A stretch of 64,000 nucleotides of DNA from Amoebidium appalachense. Taxonomy: Eukaryota; Protista; Ichthyosporea. The DNA lies in assembly GCA_963693365.1 (NCBI GenBank), contig CAVNZM010000001.1:3612907-3676906 (forward strand), given 5' to 3'. The notes beneath the pieces were generated by a model. The model saw only the letters and a program-made list of their open reading frames with translations, was not told the DNA's origin and ran no database searches. Both the position numbers and the translations under genes were made by a program. Positions 62,464 to 64,000 of this stretch are shown here, in pieces. Position 1 is the first letter of the stretch. Each line of letters opens with the position of its first letter.

Positions 62464-63977
62464 CTAGTCGAATCGACGATACACGTGGGTGAACTTGCGG
62501 CTAAAGGGGTGCACCTGCATCTCCTGCACCTTGTAGATGATCATCTGTGCGTGCAGTGGATTGTTAGATACGGTGCATGGCGTGAATGGGTTAATATTTA
62601 CACTTGATTTGGGGCATATGTCACATATAGTGCGCGGTTTGGCACATTGTCGCACGGCCACATACACATATGTCGCACACCTTTACACACACGCACACGG
62701 ACGTGTTGGAACGCTACTTGCTACAGGCACACATGCGGCACACGCACACACACACACACACGCACGTGCACACACACACACAAACACACACACGCGCACA
62801 CACACACACACACACACACTCACTCACTCACACACACACACACACACAGACGGTCCCCCCGACCCGTCCCCCTCCCCTCCCCTCCCCCCCCCCCCCCCCC
62901 CTCAACACACACACACGAATCCCCTCCCCCCCACCTCCCCCCCTCTCCCCCCCCCCCCCTCCCCTAAACACACACCTCATTGCGCAGACTGGTAAGATCC
63001 TCGAGCGTAAACGGCTGCATCTGGATTGGTCTGCGGTCATACTCGGATCTAGACCACGTCTCCCTCACACGTGTGCCCCTGTCATTAAAGCGCACCCGCG
63101 TTTTGCGCCTTAGCAAATCATCCTCTTCGTCCCGTTTTACTTTAACGACCTTGCAGCCGTCGGGTACATCCTGCAAGGGGAAATATCCGGCATGTTTCGT
63201 TAGCAAGTTGACTATGATATTACGGGGCAAGGGGAGGAGGAGGAGGAGGGGGGGGGGGGGGGGGGGGGGGTGGGTATGCGGTGTGATGGGAAGGGTTGTT
63301 GGTGGTGGTGGTGGTGCAAAACTCACATGAAAAGGAATAGGGCCGTAACATCATACATCATAGGCTGTATGTGCGTGTGTGTGGTTGTGTCTGTGTGTGT
63401 ACGTGTATGCGCTTGACTATCTGGGTGAGTGGGCGGACGGGCATTATGGGCGGTGGGGGAAGGTAAGGTCGGAGGAGATGGGGCAGGGGATGCCATGACT
63501 GCATTACACCGACGACTCCGCGACCACAAACATGAACCGTCCAGAAGACAGCGCAGTAAAATGATTTGACATACCCCGAACCCAAAAAAACCAAGGCTAT
63601 GCCACATGCAGCATACGGGGGGTTTGCGTTACATAGCACGGAGGACATATTCATTCAGGACAACAACACAATGCAGACCACAGCGCACATCGATCATCAT
63701 CAGGTTGGAGCCCAATTCATCCACACCGGGGGCGAGGTGGTTACCGCACGAGGCATGTGCGCATGTGCGCAGGAGGAGAAGAAAGGGGGGGGGGGGGGGG
63801 GGGGGGGGGGGGGAGGGGGGGGGAGGGGGGGGGGAAAAAGAACGTGTTCATGCACACCTTGACCATGTTATCCCAGGCAAGCACGGTCAGCTGGGAGCCA
63901 GTCATGCTTGCATTCTGGTTGTAGCGGTCGTACCAGGCCTTCCTCTTTGTGGGCCCCTTGATGATCTCACCCACTAG
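62464..63977 (-). CDS. 3' portion of a gene with a PHACTR/Bni4-like PP1-binding C-terminus (5' end outside the window)
   Basis: Exons 63977-63858, 63170-62976, 62544-62464; small exons may lie between the first two. RVRF...TWSRSEYDRR...FTLEDLTSLRNEMIIYKVQEMQVHPFSRKFTH matches the RVxF..YDR..LT..IR.EL..FK..EM.VH..S pattern of PHACTR/Bni4 C-termini. Confidence 0.75.
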
Positions 63978-64000
63978 CTGCGTCAGCGATACGTTGCCAA

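Overview
Eukaryotic genomic window with GT-AG introns. The HMG-CoA reductase architecture and a PHACTR/Bni4-type C-terminus suggest a unicellular opisthokont, possibly a holozoan; this is inference. Nearly all listed six-frame ORFs are artefacts of (CA/GT)n, (GA/CT)n and poly-G/C tracts. Manual splicing with phase checks gives six genes: a DHRS4-like SDR (-, 8 exons, C-terminal SRL), an uncharacterised putative beta-trefoil protein (+, 8 exons), a DUF6787-like membrane protein with a mitochondrial-type leader (+, 3 exons), class I HMG-CoA reductase (+, 18 exons), an F-box/LRR protein (-, 13 exons) and the 3' part of a gene with a PP1-binding C-terminus (-). At about 21.3-25.9 kb lies a nested mobile-element cluster. 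It is a broken tyrosine-recombinase element (ORF1 plus YR, no RT visible) carrying a 1.3-kb non-autonomous copia-type LTR element (apparently identical 508-bp LTRs, GTACG TSD, tandem 13-bp array) and two solo LTRs of a second family 50 bp apart. Also present: several MITEs, a ~115-nt element shared by introns of two unrelated genes, a perfect 40-bp palindrome, and simple repeats concentrated in introns, often abutting splice sites. No CRISPR array, tRNA or rRNA was recognised.
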